The notes: a model not told the origin generated them from the letters alone. DNA of 64,000 nucleotides from Octopus sinensis (GCF_006345805.1 NC_042998.1:59706001-59770000); one strand, 5' to 3'. Shown: positions 25,346 to 39,043, counted from the stretch's first letter. Numbers and translations are program-made.

Positions 25346-25692
25346 TGCTGGCGGAGGGGGCCGTTAGCATCGCTTTCATATTATCATTTTTTCATTTTCA
25401 TTTGCTCATAAATTTAATCATATTGTTCTATGTCCCCCATGTTTTGTTATGTCCGCCATTCTTCGTAGCCCCTGGTGGGTAATAAAGAAATAACATGGAG
25501 GAAAGCACCTTCGAAAAGTGTCTTGGTGCGACTATGAAAGGTATTGTTATCACTAGCGATATCAAGATATAACTTTGTACATGTAATATGTACACATATA
25601 TATACACATATATACATGCACTAGCACTATGAACCGGCAACGACGGGTCTCTTTAATGCTAGTTGATATATATATGTGTGTGTGTGTACATA

Positions 25693-25736
<44 letters not shown>

Positions 25737-26089
25737 CATATATATATATATGCATATGTATGTGTATATACGTATACCTGTATATATGCATATATATATA
25801 TATATATACATGTATTTATACATATATATGTGAGGACATATATGTATATATATTCATATATACATGTCTATATATATATGTATATATATATAGACATGTA
25901 TACATACGTGTATATATATGCCTATATTTATAGATGTATATATATATCAATGTGTATATATATATATGTATGCATATGCATGTATATATATGTTTATATA
26001 TATATTCAAATATTTATATATGTATATATATATGTGTGTGTGTTTGTGTGTGTCTGTGTGTGTGTGTGTGAATGTGTGTGTTTGTTGTC

Positions 26090-26280
26090 TATGTTTGTAC
26101 CCCCACCATCACTTGTCATCTGATGTTGGTGTGTGTACATCCGCGTGACTTTGCTGTTTTGCAAAACACACTGTTAGAATAAGAACTGGGTTTACAAAGA
26201 ATAAAACCTGTCGTTGATTTCTTCGACTAAAGCCGGTGCTCCAGCATGTTCGTTGTCTCATGACCGAAACAAGTCAAACA
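26090..26280 (+). mobile_element. 3' half of SINE family B
   Basis: TTTACAAAGAATAA..TTCGACTAAAGCCGGTGCTCCAGCATG..GACCGAAACAAGT, homologous to 33230-33385. Confidence 0.7.
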
Positions 26281-26325
<45 letters not shown>

Positions 26326-26431
26326 AAATAGTGAAACTGTTTATGCGCATATTTGGATAAATTGGGACTAATTCACAGGAGGTCTTTTTATAACCTCATT
26401 GTGTACATAGACTCATTAATTAAATCACCTG

Positions 26432-26481
<50 letters not shown>

Positions 26482-27364
26482 GCTCTTTCTCTACTGAACA
26501 AACTCGGCCGCGAACATCGTCGTTAATTTCCATTGATTTTTACAGTCCAGTGTACTATGTCCAATCGTGTACGTTCTGAAGAATGATAAACCTTTAAAAT
26601 ACTTATAGCGATACTGCCAATTACGACCGTTGGCGTTACTTTACTCATTTGTATAATATGGCATCCGCTGTCAGTTTACGTAAATTAAAGAAAAAAAATA
26701 TCAGCAGTAGCGAGTTAGCGTGTGTTTGATAAACATGCAGTGACACTCAGCTGTGCAAACGGAACCTGTGATTAAACTACGGGAGTCTATCGGCAGCACA
26801 CGATGACAATTGAAAACAGTTCATTGGCTAATGCTTACATCTACTCGAGAGAAATGAGGTTGATTAGAATTATATAAAAAGAACTACGAGAGAAATTATC
26901 GCATTCGATTCTCTGTTGAATAAATCAACTACAATCCTAGGGCGTCATTTGTGTGGATAAATTTTGAAAATCTGAATGGATGTACAAACTCAATGAATGT
27001 ATAATCTGATACGTTGTGTAAATAAGGATAAGGGGCAAACCATAATTATGGGTTTCTTTTCAGTAGAACGGTTTCAATCATTATAGACATCTTTTCAAGT
27101 ATTGCTGGAAAATTACTGATACAAATGGTATTTATAACAGGTTTTGACTTGGACAGCTGAGCTGTATGTATGTTAAATATGAACGTATTCCATATACTCG
27201 TACGCATGCATACACATATATATTATGTGTGTATGTGTGAGTCTTTGTGTACAACGTGTGTGAGAGAGAGGGAGAGAGAGGGAGAGAGAGAGAGAGGGAT
27301 ACAGAGAGATAAATAAATAGATTGTTCTCTTTTGAAATCACGAACCTCACAAATACAGTTATCG

Positions 27365-27582
27365 ATAATCCTTTCTACTAAAGGTACAATGCCTGAAATT
27401 TGGGGGCAATGCTAGTAGATTACATTGCTCTCATTACTTGAGTGGTACTTATTTCATCGATCCCGAAAGGATGAAAGGTAAAGTCAACCTCCGTGGAATT
27501 TGAACTCAAAACGTAGGGATAAACGAAATGCCGCTAAGCATTTTGCCCGCCGTGCAAACGATTCTGCCAGCTCACCGCCTTA
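27365..27582 (-). mobile_element. tRNA-derived SINE family A
   Basis: Minus-strand head GGCGGTGAGCTGGCAGAATCG (A box) and GAGTTCAAATTCC (B box), then the conserved central domain. Confidence 0.85.
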
Positions 27583-27689
27583 TACAACTGGAAATAAAAG
27601 CATATAATATGTTGAAAAACCTCCTTTCAGTAGACAAAGTCCGTGTTATGTATTGTCTACTACACCGGAATCCCATTAACCGCTCTCTC

Positions 27690-28995
27690 CCACGCTTTCC
27701 TGGAGACGATGACTAGAATGGTAGGTTCGACGCTTGGTAGTGAAGCACGGGGAAGAATCTCGTTGATGGTAATGTGATCCTCCCATCGAATATTGAGGAT
27801 CTGTCGCAGCTTGGATTACTAGAAGAATTCGGGGCGCTTGAAGTCACGGCTGTTCAGCGTCCAAGTCTCACAGGCGTAGAGAACAGTTGACAGGACAATG
27901 GCACGGAAGACTATGATATTTGTTCGGATGGTCAGCACGTGACTGAACAATATACGTTCGCTGAGTCTACTGAAGGCGGAGTGGGCTACTCTAATCGGTT
28001 CTCCACGTCCTTTTCACACGTGGGGATCTTCGAAAGGATATTCCCAAGGTATGAGAAGCGTTCAACTTCTTCCAGGGGTTGGCTGTTGATGCTAATTTTC
28101 GTGGGTGGACTGTTCTGTCCTGGTGCAGGTTGGATTAGGATCTTAGTCTTTAATGTGTTTGCCTGCATCAGAGAAGCGTTCGTAAACCGCGCTGTAAAGA
28201 TTGGCTGCCCTGTGTAGGCCATCTGCGGTCCGGCTCGGGGTGGCATTATCGTCGACATAATACATCTCACCGACTGAGATGACGGAGATGCTCGTCTTTT
28301 CGCGGAGACGTGCGAGATTAAAGAGTCCAGGCGATAGCGCATGTTAATGGAAGGCGAATCTAGTGGGATTTCGTTGAACATAGCTGCCATGTACAAAGAG
28401 AAACAGGTTGGTGCCCGGGCGAATCCTTGCTTTAGACGCCCAATGATGGGAAACAGGTCTGTAAAGGCATTTTGATGGCATGCCCTATCCATCATGACGT
28501 CCTGAAGGGAGCGGACCAGAGCAATGAAGTCCGGACATCCAAGCCGAGCAAGGGCGGCCTATATTGTCAAAGGTTTTCTTTAGGTCCCAGAAAATGAACG
28601 TTACAGGTTGTTGTTGTTCTTGATACTTCTGGAGTTGGCGGACATAAATGATTATGTCGAATGTGCCTCGAGAGGGTCGAAAACAACACTGGGACTCAGG
28701 GAAGACGTCTTCTGCGAAATGAGGAGGTGATTGAGTAGGATACGGGCGAAGATCTTATTTGTAATACTCAGGAGGGAGATGCCCCGATATTTCTTGCAAT
28801 CCTCTCGGTCTCCCTTCTTGTAGAATGTGTTGAGAATTGCATCGCGTAAGTCATTCGTGAGGGTCTTGCTTTCTCAAATCTTGAGGATAAGGAGCATCAG
28901 ATGATTGCTCAGCTTAGGACCTCTATGTGTGAAAAACTCAAACGAGATGTCGTCTGGTCTGGAACTTTATCCGGCTTCATGCGCTCGAATACCTT
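27690..28995 (-). mobile_element. RTE (BovB-like) LINE RT fragment, decayed
   Basis: KKGDREDCKKYRGISLLS, LKQGF.APTCFSLY, KTKILIQPAP, LEEVERFSYLG; many frameshifts. Confidence 0.85.
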
Positions 28996-29849
28996 GGGGT
29001 GAGTAGTAGTAGTCATTCTTTAGCTGTACACAACACAGAATATGTCAGACAGACAGGTCAGTTGTTCCTCTCCAATTTTATGTAAATTCTTAAATATATC
29101 TCCTTTTTTATATAAATACTACAAAACAAATATGATTTTTATTGAACTCAAAATACTTATTGTAGTCCCTTTCTTGAATACTTTCATGTAAACTGTTTTT
29201 AAAATTCTCATGTCATTATCAAAGACCGTATAACTGTATTTTAATACTTTTGTGATAACCAGTACTTAACAAAACGGAGCTTATACAAAGCTTTACATTT
29301 TACTTTTGATAATCTTTTCTAAAAAAGTGAAACCTGTCAAGTCAATAAACATTTCTAAAAGAACGTTGCATTTTCAAACCTTCTTTCATATATGTGTGTG
29401 TGTGCGTGTGTGTGTGTGCGTGTGTGTATGCATAGCGGTGTACATTGACATGCGGTTTCCTGCATGTAAGTATATATATCTAAATTCTGTTACACCGTTT
29501 AACTGTTCTTTTTAGCCCCCTTCACTCTTTCATCGTTCTTTCCACTTTCTCCCCTCACACTTTCTCTTCATTCTCATCACTTTCCCCCCTCTTTTACCTC
29601 GTTCCGTCCCTCTTTCTCTCTTTCCCGTCCTTCCTTAATTTTTCAATCCCTCTGCCCTGTACCGCTCTCCCCTTCTTCCACATGACTAGTATTCGACTAC
29701 CATCCCTATAGCATCTCTTATATTCCTTCCCATGACTTACATCCGTTATGTCTCTGCGGTATGGTTTCACTTCCACACACGCCAGCTTAATTTAATTCGT
29801 CCTTGATTGAAAGACACCTGTTGTTTTTATTTGTAATAGTGAGCCTATT

Positions 29850-30070
29850 TCTTTACTACCCACAAGGGGCTAAACACAGAGAGGACAAGCAAGGACAAAC
29901 AAACGGATTAAGTCGATAATATCGACACCAGTGCGTAACTGGTACTTAATTTATCGACCTCGAAAGGATGAAAGGCAAAGTCGACCTCGGCGGAATTTGA
30001 ACCCAGAACGTAACGGCAGACGAAATACAGCTACGCATTTCGCCCGGCGTGCTAACGTTTCTGCCAGCTC
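29850..30070 (-). mobile_element. tRNA-derived SINE family A (variant tail)
   Basis: GAGCTGGCAGAAACG..GGGTTCAAATTCCGCCGAGGTCGACTTTGCCTTTCATCC on the minus strand. Confidence 0.85.
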
Positions 30071-30361
30071 GTACCATTTCTTCACTCCTTTCGTCCTTGT
30101 TTTCGTATACATTCGCTGACTTTCTTCCAAAGAATTCAGTGCCCTTAGCTTAGTTTTTCTTCGGGCCGGCCACATTGGAGCAGTCTCAAGTGAAACCTGC
30201 CGAAACTGCAACGACGATCTGGAACTCGATTGACGATAGAAAGTTCCAAATGAACCGCACTTGTTTTTTTCTGTCCTTTTCGTATCGTCAAACTTTCCGC
30301 ATGATTTGATGTCGCCTGTTGCGAGCTTGTTCCATATATACATATATATATATGTATATAT

Positions 30362-30640
30362 AGACAAAACAAAGAACTGAACATTAAAAATAACAATAAA
30401 AGCACGACAACAAAACAAGAGGACGTGTACATGAGTGTTAATGTGAAGCTGGATAAGAAGAGAGAGTTTTTAACGTTTCGAACATAGTTCTTTGTCGGAA
30501 AGTAAAACAGAAAAATCCAGAGAAAGAAAAAAAATCACCAACAGCATGTATGTTGTTTCATTGTTCAAATGACCGGAAGTGGAAAGAGATCGCGAAAGTG
30601 GTTTTCTGGGACAGGAGCATGAGAAGATGGTCGGTGTATG
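30362..30640 (-). mobile_element. PLE-type pLTR fragment with decayed HHR-like motif
   Basis: Minus strand TTTCCGACAAAGAAC-TAT-GTTC-GAAACGTTAAAA (~30465-30501), similar to 46998-47034; abuts (TA)n. Confidence 0.45.
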
Positions 30641-30883
30641 TGGTAATATTTGTGTTTGTATGTGTTTATATTTATGTAAGTGATATATGTATAAGTGTTT
30701 GAGTCAGTGAGAAGGTTATGTATTCGATTCGCTCGTGACAGGTGAGAAACGAGGGGGAAGTGTAAATGGGTGGGTGTGGCAGTGTTTGTATGTGTTTGAA
30801 TGTGTGCGTATGAGAGAATGGGAATATATGTCTGTCTATATGTGAGTATGAGTGTGTGTATGCGTATATATACATGTGTATTA

Positions 30884-30936
<53 letters not shown>

Positions 30937-32707
30937 CGTGAGAGAGAGATGAGGTGACACTTGTGCGAGTGTGTTAATCTAACCGCACGCGTCCATGTGT
31001 ATGGGCACGCGAGTGTGTGAGTGTGTGTGAGTGTGTGTGCGCGTATATGAGGGTATGAGTGTGTATCTGTGTATGTACATATATATATGCGTATGAGTGT
31101 GTGTATGTGTGTATGTGCGTATGAGTGTGTGGATCTATAGGTGCGTGTATGTGTGTATGCGTGTGTGTGAGGACGTGTAAGTGGCCCTGAGTTTGCATGT
31201 GCATGTGTGTGTGTCAGGGCGTGTGTATATGTGTGTATATCATGTGTGCATGTAAGTAATTGCGTGTATATGCATGTGTGTATTCCATATATATAATTAA
31301 CCTTAATGTAATTCTGCGACTGAATTAGCGTGACACATGATGGATATAGCAAGAGTTTCAACTGAACATTTCTCAACTAATAAGAAAGTACACCATTCGC
31401 TGAATAAATTGTAGAAAATCGCAACAAAATTTAAATAAATATCAGATGAATAATTCTATTCACAGGGAGCTGTGGAGAGCTCTGGGGTACTGTGGGTCAC
31501 AGGCATCTTCATTCCTTGTTATTGATTGCATATTTGGTGTAAGACTAGGTTGGCTATTTAAATTAGTTGTACTTCATTTGGCAGGTTTCCACACAGTTTC
31601 TTTTTAACCAATTTTATTTCCAATGCTTTGGCCACATGACAGATTAACTATTAAGTCACTCACAGATGTGTGCCATCATCTGATGCCTAAATATTGTGTC
31701 CCCATTCTATACCATTTCTACTGTTACTGTATGTTTTCTGCTCCTTGCAGCTAGCTGAGCTTACCTCACCTCCTCTCAAACGTTTCCATCCATCCTACTT
31801 GCCTCTTCTCTTTTAATCATCTTTCTTATGTCCACCCCATCCCACTCCCACCTATAAGACCTCACATTTATCATTATGCTCAGTCTTTCCTTCCCAAGCG
31901 GCGTCCCTCAGGAAATCTCTCCCTGTTCATATCTTTCCCACAGATGTTGGTTTACGAAGGTTCACAAGAAACCTTAATGGCATTAATCATTATCATCACT
32001 AATCTAGATGGTCCGTGAAGGGCATGAGCACTGTCCTTTCAGACCCAACACGGGTAGAAGATAAAAGAAAAAGATCAAACCAAAACTAGACTAAAAGATT
32101 CTTGCTCAAGTTGTGATGGAATTGGATTGATCTCAACACTAACATGTCAGGATTATGATGTGAACTTATTAATCACCTGGGCATTTGCCCCTCCCCCACC
32201 CCTACCTGAGATGTAGAGGTAAAACCGTACATGTGGTGAGCAAGTAATGTAATTGTTAGGTTTGTGTCCAGCTAAGGTAGAAATAATAAACCTGTGGAAC
32301 TGAAGCAGCTGACACAATGAATCAGAATAGATATTTCCTAAATAATACAGAAGGAAAAAATTGAGGGCTGGGATGTGAAAGACAGAAATTTTAAGGAAAT
32401 TTTCCAACTCACTTTTCCTTTTCCGTAAGGTGTGGAACTTTGAAGGACTGTTGTTCAAAAAATTTTGCCCAGAATGGAATGTCAGACTAAATGGTTTGTT
32501 CTATTTAGTTATGTTCCTCTGCATTCTGAATTCAAATCCTACGAAAGTCAGTTTTACCTTTAAATCCAGCAGATATCAATAAAATAAATTACACTAGTCT
32601 AGCTTGCCAATAACAGCACATTTCTCCATCCATTTTTATTATATTCATTTTTCTATTGGAAAAGTGGATTATTACATGCACTCTTCTGCCCTTTGTTTTT
32701 ATACAAA

Positions 32708-33104
32708 GGCGCAGGAGTGGCTGTGTAGTAAGCAACTTTCTTACCAAACACATGGTTCCGGGTTCAGTCCCACTGCGTGGCATCTTAGGCGAATGTCTTC
32801 TACTATAGCCACAGGCCGACCTAAGCCTTGTGAGGGGATTTAGTAGACAGAAACTGAAAGAAGCCCATCGCATATATATATATATATAGATCAATAAATG
32901 GCGGGGTTGTGTTCACCGCACGTGGAGAAATGATAAGTAAGGAAAAATTTTTTTAAAAATGCAGAATGCTCAAATGAAATAAAATTTTAATAATATGAGA
33001 AATTGATAAAATATATAAATATATATTTATATATTTTATCAATTTCTCATTTTATTAAAATTTTCTTTCATTTGAGCATTCTGCATTTAAAAAAAATTTT
33101 TCCT

Positions 33105-33166
<62 letters not shown>

Positions 33167-33176
33167 TATATATATC

Positions 33177-33208
<32 letters not shown>

Positions 33209-33390
33209 GTGTGTGTGTGTGTGTGTGTGTCTGGTGTGTTTACGTCCCCGTTACTTAGCGGTTCTGCAAAAGAAATCTATAAAATAAGCACTAGGCTTAC
33301 AAAGAATAAGTCCTGGGGTCGATTTGCTCGACTAAAGGCGGTGCTCCAGCGTGGCCGCAGTCAAATGACTGAAACAAGTAAAAGAGAAAG
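32708..33390 (+). mobile_element. tRNA-derived SINE family B, interrupted in its internal microsatellite
   Basis: Head GGCGCAGGAGTGGCTGTGTAGTAAG..GGTTCAGTCCC (32708-32871) and 3' part 33230-33390; an uninterrupted copy lies at 36420-36821(-). Confidence 0.85.
32889..33108. mobile_element. Miniature pure-hairpin derivative of the 10181-11460 element
   Basis: Same tail GATCAATAAATGG.GGGGTTGTGTT.ACCGCACGTGGAGAAATGAT, then a ~87-bp arm folding back with no spacer at 33022/33023. Confidence 0.9.
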
Positions 33391-33599
33391 AGAAAGAGAG
33401 AGATACAAGTGCATTATAGATGCATCTTTGAACTTCTGGGGAACAGATCCAGTTTCCCAGATCAAATAGATCAATTTTGCACTGGTTATTTACATGTTAT
33501 CTGCTACCATGCTTGTACACCTCTATGGGAATATTGTCTTGTTCAAGAACTCTACCACTGGAAAGCTTTTTGGTGGCAGTACTTACCTCATCCAAGTTA

Positions 33600-34420
33600 T
33601 AGATCACTTACCTCATCCAAGTTATAGATCACTAGTGATTTTTTTATTACATCAGCATCGGTAGTGGATTCTTGATTTGCTACAAGATTTAAAATGTTCA
33701 GCCCATCTTTTCAGAATTTCAGCTTTCCTTCTTAAGAGTTTTGTTCCATCACTAGAGAGAATAGATTCTGTACTACCTTTTCGGGGACCAAATACATTTT
33801 TCAGAATGTTATACAGTGTTTTCAAGTTGTGAGAGTTAGCAGTCTGTTCCAATTCTTGGGCTTTTTCTGCCCACTAAATTTTTCATGTCATGCAGTTTTC
33901 TGCACAGTGTTTCTAGTGATGTATAAGAATTTGTATGTTGGTGAGTATTTGTCTCTTCTGCAAAGTTTCTAGGAGAGGTTTAATTTGAGAATCGTTCTTG
34001 TTGGTGTTTGTGTTTCACAAATCCTAGAACTACTTCAACAGATGTTTTGATGTTGTCACGAATATTGTGCCACAACTCTTCAGACACTTCCCTATTCCTG
34101 CAAGCTTTGAATTTAAATGTATTCCAAAGTTTTTGTCATTTCTGGATTTTTAAAGAAGCAGCGTTTATTCTTGGATGTAAACTGGATTTCAGTGGCCTCT
34201 TTCCATATAGTATAACAAATACCTTACTGTGAAACATTCTGTGATCCAAGTAACACTTAGGAGTTTTGTAAGTTCTAGTGAATCTGAAATCACTGCAGTC
34301 TTTGTTCCTAGTTATAACATAGTCCAGCATGTACCAGTGATCAGATCAGGGATGGTTCCAGGTGGTTAAACAGTGTATTTGGTTTCAGAAAATTCCGAAC
34401 ATCAGTAAGGTCAGATGGAA
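33600..34420 (-). mobile_element. RTE (BovB-like) LINE endonuclease/linker fragment
   Basis: WYMLDYVITR..DHRM and LYNILKNVFGP..LSSDGTKLL..ILKRWAEHF. Confidence 0.8.
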
Positions 34421-35352
34421 TTCGCAAGCAATCTTAGCCCTTCTTGCATTTTACCTCATGCCACATGTTAGAGATTGCATATGATCTGCCAGTTCATCTC
34501 ATATGAATGAGCCGACCAGTGGTTTAGTGAACAACTGTATAGAGCTGAAGATTATGCAGAGCTATTGCAAGCCTTACTACCTACAATACTCCTCTGAAAC
34601 TCTTGACAAATCATTGGAAACAAGTGTCCTTAAGACTAAACATCAGCAGAAGGAATCAATGCAGTGAGCGGGCAATTAAGGTCATGCAAAAGCCACGCAC
34701 CGCTTACAAGAACAAAGCCAACCTGCCATTGTGTTTCATTCTCTTTATTAGACTTGTCGCAACTTGACTATCGACTAATTTGACTTTGTTTTATTATTCT
34801 ATCAGGGTTCTAACTTTTGGAAATACACCCAAATGCAACCAAGTATTAAAATTTCAAAGTTAGTCATGGGTGACTTTTTTGATCAAATACAAAAAAAAAA
34901 ACATTGATTTTTATTGTCTTCTAGCAAAAACTCATCAGGATATGATACAGGACTATGGAGTTACAAAAAGTTGTATCCCTAGTGCACAGCGCATGGTGAA
35001 ATACCGACGGACAGTATGGGATTCATGATGTATAACCAACAGCAGGACTATTTCCATTGTATGATGACAGCATGAACCCAATAACTGCGAACGTGCCTTG
35101 TATAGCCTTATTTAACTATATATATATGCAAGGGACTCATATTTGAAAAAAATCATGCTATGGAAATATATGCCGTGATACTTGGAACTGGCCATTAATT
35201 TTCGTTTTAGTTACTAAATATTATATCGCGGTTATTCATTTGATACATGTACAGATTTTGCCACCTGAGTGGGTGTGAGGGACGTGAAATAAAATTGCTG
35301 TCGGGAATCGAACTCATTATGTTCTGATCGTGAGCCGATTATACATACGTAC

Positions 35353-35392
<40 letters not shown>

Positions 35393-36419
35393 GTATGTAT
35401 AGCCAGCAAGATAGATGGATATTTAGCACACACATATATATATAGTTTTCTGCTTTATATAAAAATATAGAACACCTCTGGACACAATGTTTCATATATC
35501 TAAAAGCCTGGACAGTGTGTGAGTATGTGTGCTTGTATCTCTAAGTCTGTGCGCGCATGCGAGGGTGCGTACATATATTTGCGTGTGTGTATGCGTGTGT
35601 GCACAGGTGCAGAAATTGTGTTTCTAAAGTAAAAAAAAAAACAGATTCTCATTTTCCCACGCCTAGGTGTGTCGTTGCTTTAGTTCAATTCTTTGGGTGG
35701 TGTGAAGCGTTTGAGTGGCGTGTGATTGGTAAATGTATGGAGATGCCAAAAGAATTGGGAAGGGTGCTAATATCTACCTACATATGTGATTAGAAGTAAC
35801 AGTAAGGACATTATCAGCGTTCATATAAGCGTCAGTAATTTAATCGAACTTTGAAAAATCAGCAGAGTTGATAGAATATTTATCGAAGTGAGCTCTCTGC
35901 CGACACTATCATGGGTTGCTTTTACTAGATTCATTCGATGTAACAGATGAGATGTTCATAAGTGAAACATTTTCCCTATGAGATTCATCTACGAAACACG
36001 TCGAATTTTTGTCGAGGTTACGGTCCCCCCACCCCATTCTCTCTCTATCTATCTATCTCTCTTTCTTTCACGCAGACATATCCTAAAACATAGATACAGA
36101 TATATGCAAATATATGATATATGACTGAGCAAGCATGTATGTATGCGTGTGTATATGTATATATGCGGGTGCGTAAGTGTGTGTGTGTATTTGTGAGTAT
36201 GAGTGTGTGCAAGTTAATACACACGCGCATATACATATATATGTGCGTGAGTGTTTGAACATACGTATATTTATATACTTACATATGTGTACTTATATTT
36301 GTACACACGCACACACATATACACACACACACACACGCATATATATACATGTGTGTGTGTGTGTGTATATATATTGCTGGGATACCGCCATGAAAGTCTG
36401 CGTCTTTCTTTTTCTTTCT

Positions 36420-36821
36420 TTTCTTTTACTTGTTTCAGTCATTTTGACTGCGGCCATGCTGGAGCACCGCCTTTTAGTCGAGCAACTCGACCCCGGGACT
36501 CATTCTTTTTGTAAGCCCAGTACTTATTCTATCGGTCTCTTTTTGCCGAACTGCTAAGTGACGTGCACGTAAACACACCAGCATCGGTTGTCAAGCAATG
36601 CTAGGGGAACAAACACAGACACACAAACACACACACATACATATATATACATATATACGACAGGCTTCTTTCAGTTTCCGTCTACCAAATCCACTCACAA
36701 GGCATTGGTCGGCCCGGGGCTATAGCAGAAAACACTTGCCCAAGATGCCACGCAGTGGGACTGAACCCGGAACCATGTGGTTGGTTAGCAAGCTACTTAC
36801 CACACAGCCACCCCTGCGCCT
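36420..36821 (-). mobile_element. tRNA-derived SINE family B, full length
   Basis: Reverse complement of the 32708 head, internal (TG/TA)n, and the same 3' part. Confidence 0.88.
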
Positions 36822-37517
36822 ATACCAGCAATTTTTTTAAATCTGATAATTATTTGATAGACAATTTTGCCGAACCACTAAGTTGCATAAACAAATCAAT
36901 ACTGGTTGTCAACTGGAGGCAGACAAACACAAACATACATACACACACTCTTTCTCTCACACATATATACATATACGACGGACTTCCACAAAATCTTTCC
37001 CAGTTATTCTCTACCGTGTTCACCATCAAGATATATCTCGGCTCTAGAAAGAGGCCGAAGTGGTTCTGAAGTGCTACTGAACCGGAAAACACAAGGTTGC
37101 AAATGAGTTTTCATAGACAGCATCATCTGTAAACTATTTACTAATTAATATCTCTTCCATCAATTGATAAACAATAAAACGGAAGAACCTACAACAAGAA
37201 TTGATTCTTTTTAGTTCTTCCTCCACAGGTGACCAGCAGTGGGATTTCCGTTGGGCAATAGCCAATATCATCGTAAGTCACATACCAGTAATAGTCCACG
37301 TATTAAGAACTTCAACCACTATAATATGTTTGGATGACATCGACTTTGGCAACACGTGTTCAGAAGGTCTATATAGTAGAAAAGCTTCAACTCGTGCAAA
37401 ATCCAGTAAAAATGAATTTCATCGTAATGGGTGCAGACCGCACTCTTCATCGAATGTACAATAAAATTGTGCACGTATGCACAAGGGCATATAGTTGTGT
37501 GCATAAGTAACGAACCC

Positions 37518-37518
<1 letters not shown>

Positions 37519-37592
<74 letters not shown>

Positions 37593-37613
37593 CATCCATC
37601 CATCCATCCATCC

Positions 37614-37692
<79 letters not shown>

Positions 37693-38087
37693 CATCCATC
37701 CATCCATCCATCCATCCATCCATCCATCCATCCATCCATCCATCCATCCATCCATCCATCATCCATCCATCCATCCATCCATCCATCCATCCATCCATCC
37801 ATCCATCCATCCATCCATCCATCCATCCATCCATCCATCCATCATCCATCTATCTATCTATCATCTATCTATCTATCTATATCTATCTATCTATCTATCT
37901 ATCCATCCATCCATCCATCCATCCATCCATCCATCCATCCATCCATCCATCCATCCATCCATCCATCCATCCATCCATCCATCCATCCATCCATCCATCC
38001 ATCCATCCATCCATCCATCCATCCATCCATCCATCCATCCATCCATCCATCCATCCATCCATCCATCCATCTATCTATCTATCTATC

Positions 38088-38142
<55 letters not shown>
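37519..38142. repeat. Long compound (TCTA)n/(TCCA)n microsatellite
   Basis: Directly visible; accounts for the 265-aa ORF. Confidence 0.97.
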
Positions 38143-38143
<1 letters not shown>

Positions 38144-38587
38144 GCCTCTGTGTCAGTCTGCCTATCTGCCTGTCTGTCCATCTAATGCCTTGTGCTTTTT
38201 ATTTCATGTAGTGGGTAAAGCAGAGTAATAAATGAGATTGTTCGTAATTTCCGCGAAATGATAGCCATTTGGGTTGAGAGAGTTTTAATTTATGAAGGCT
38301 ACAGGGAAGATTTCTAGCATTGTAATAAGCATATATGGCCAAATATATTCCCAGTTGTATTGTAAATCAGGACGCAGAGGCCTAAGGAAACACAACATCG
38401 ATTTTGGCACCATTAGTCTATATAATAATAGTAGGAATTTACATTTTAGTTGAGGAAATGCCAATATAAATTCAAAATATTCAACAAACAGAAGATGGCA
38501 AGTATTCTGACTTATATATACAAAATCTCGGTGTGCACACAATCAAAGAGTTGGTCCCTTTTTAAAACCGTATGTATTTATGTATAC

Positions 38588-38682
<95 letters not shown>

Positions 38683-38779
38683 TGTGTGTGTGTGCGTGAG
38701 AGAGAGAGAGAGAGAGAGTGTGTGTGTGTGTGTTCGCAGGGGGGGCATTTGCGCGGGTGTGTGTATGTATATATATATA

Positions 38780-38839
38780 TAGAGAAAATTCATATATATA
38801 TATATATACATATATATGTATATATATATATAGGCATAC

Positions 38840-38874
<35 letters not shown>

Positions 38875-39008
38875 ATATATATATATGTATATATATGTAT
38901 ATATATATATGTATATATATATATGTATATATGTATATATATATGTATATATATATATGTATATATATGTATATATTATGTATATATATATATATGTATA
39001 TATATATG

Positions 39009-39043
<35 letters not shown>

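Noticed and set aside
24217-25379. Several minus-strand ORFs up to 236 aa
   Set aside because: Antisense shadows of the purine-rich ORF1, with no motifs
26500-26850. CpG-richer segment as a promoter or DNA-transposon end
   Set aside because: No TIR partner, ORF or diagnostic motif cluster found
37229-37272. Possible 44-nt exon (CTCCACAG|...|GTAAGT; GDQQWDFRWAIANII)
   Set aside because: Splice signals only; no recognisable protein and no neighbouring exons
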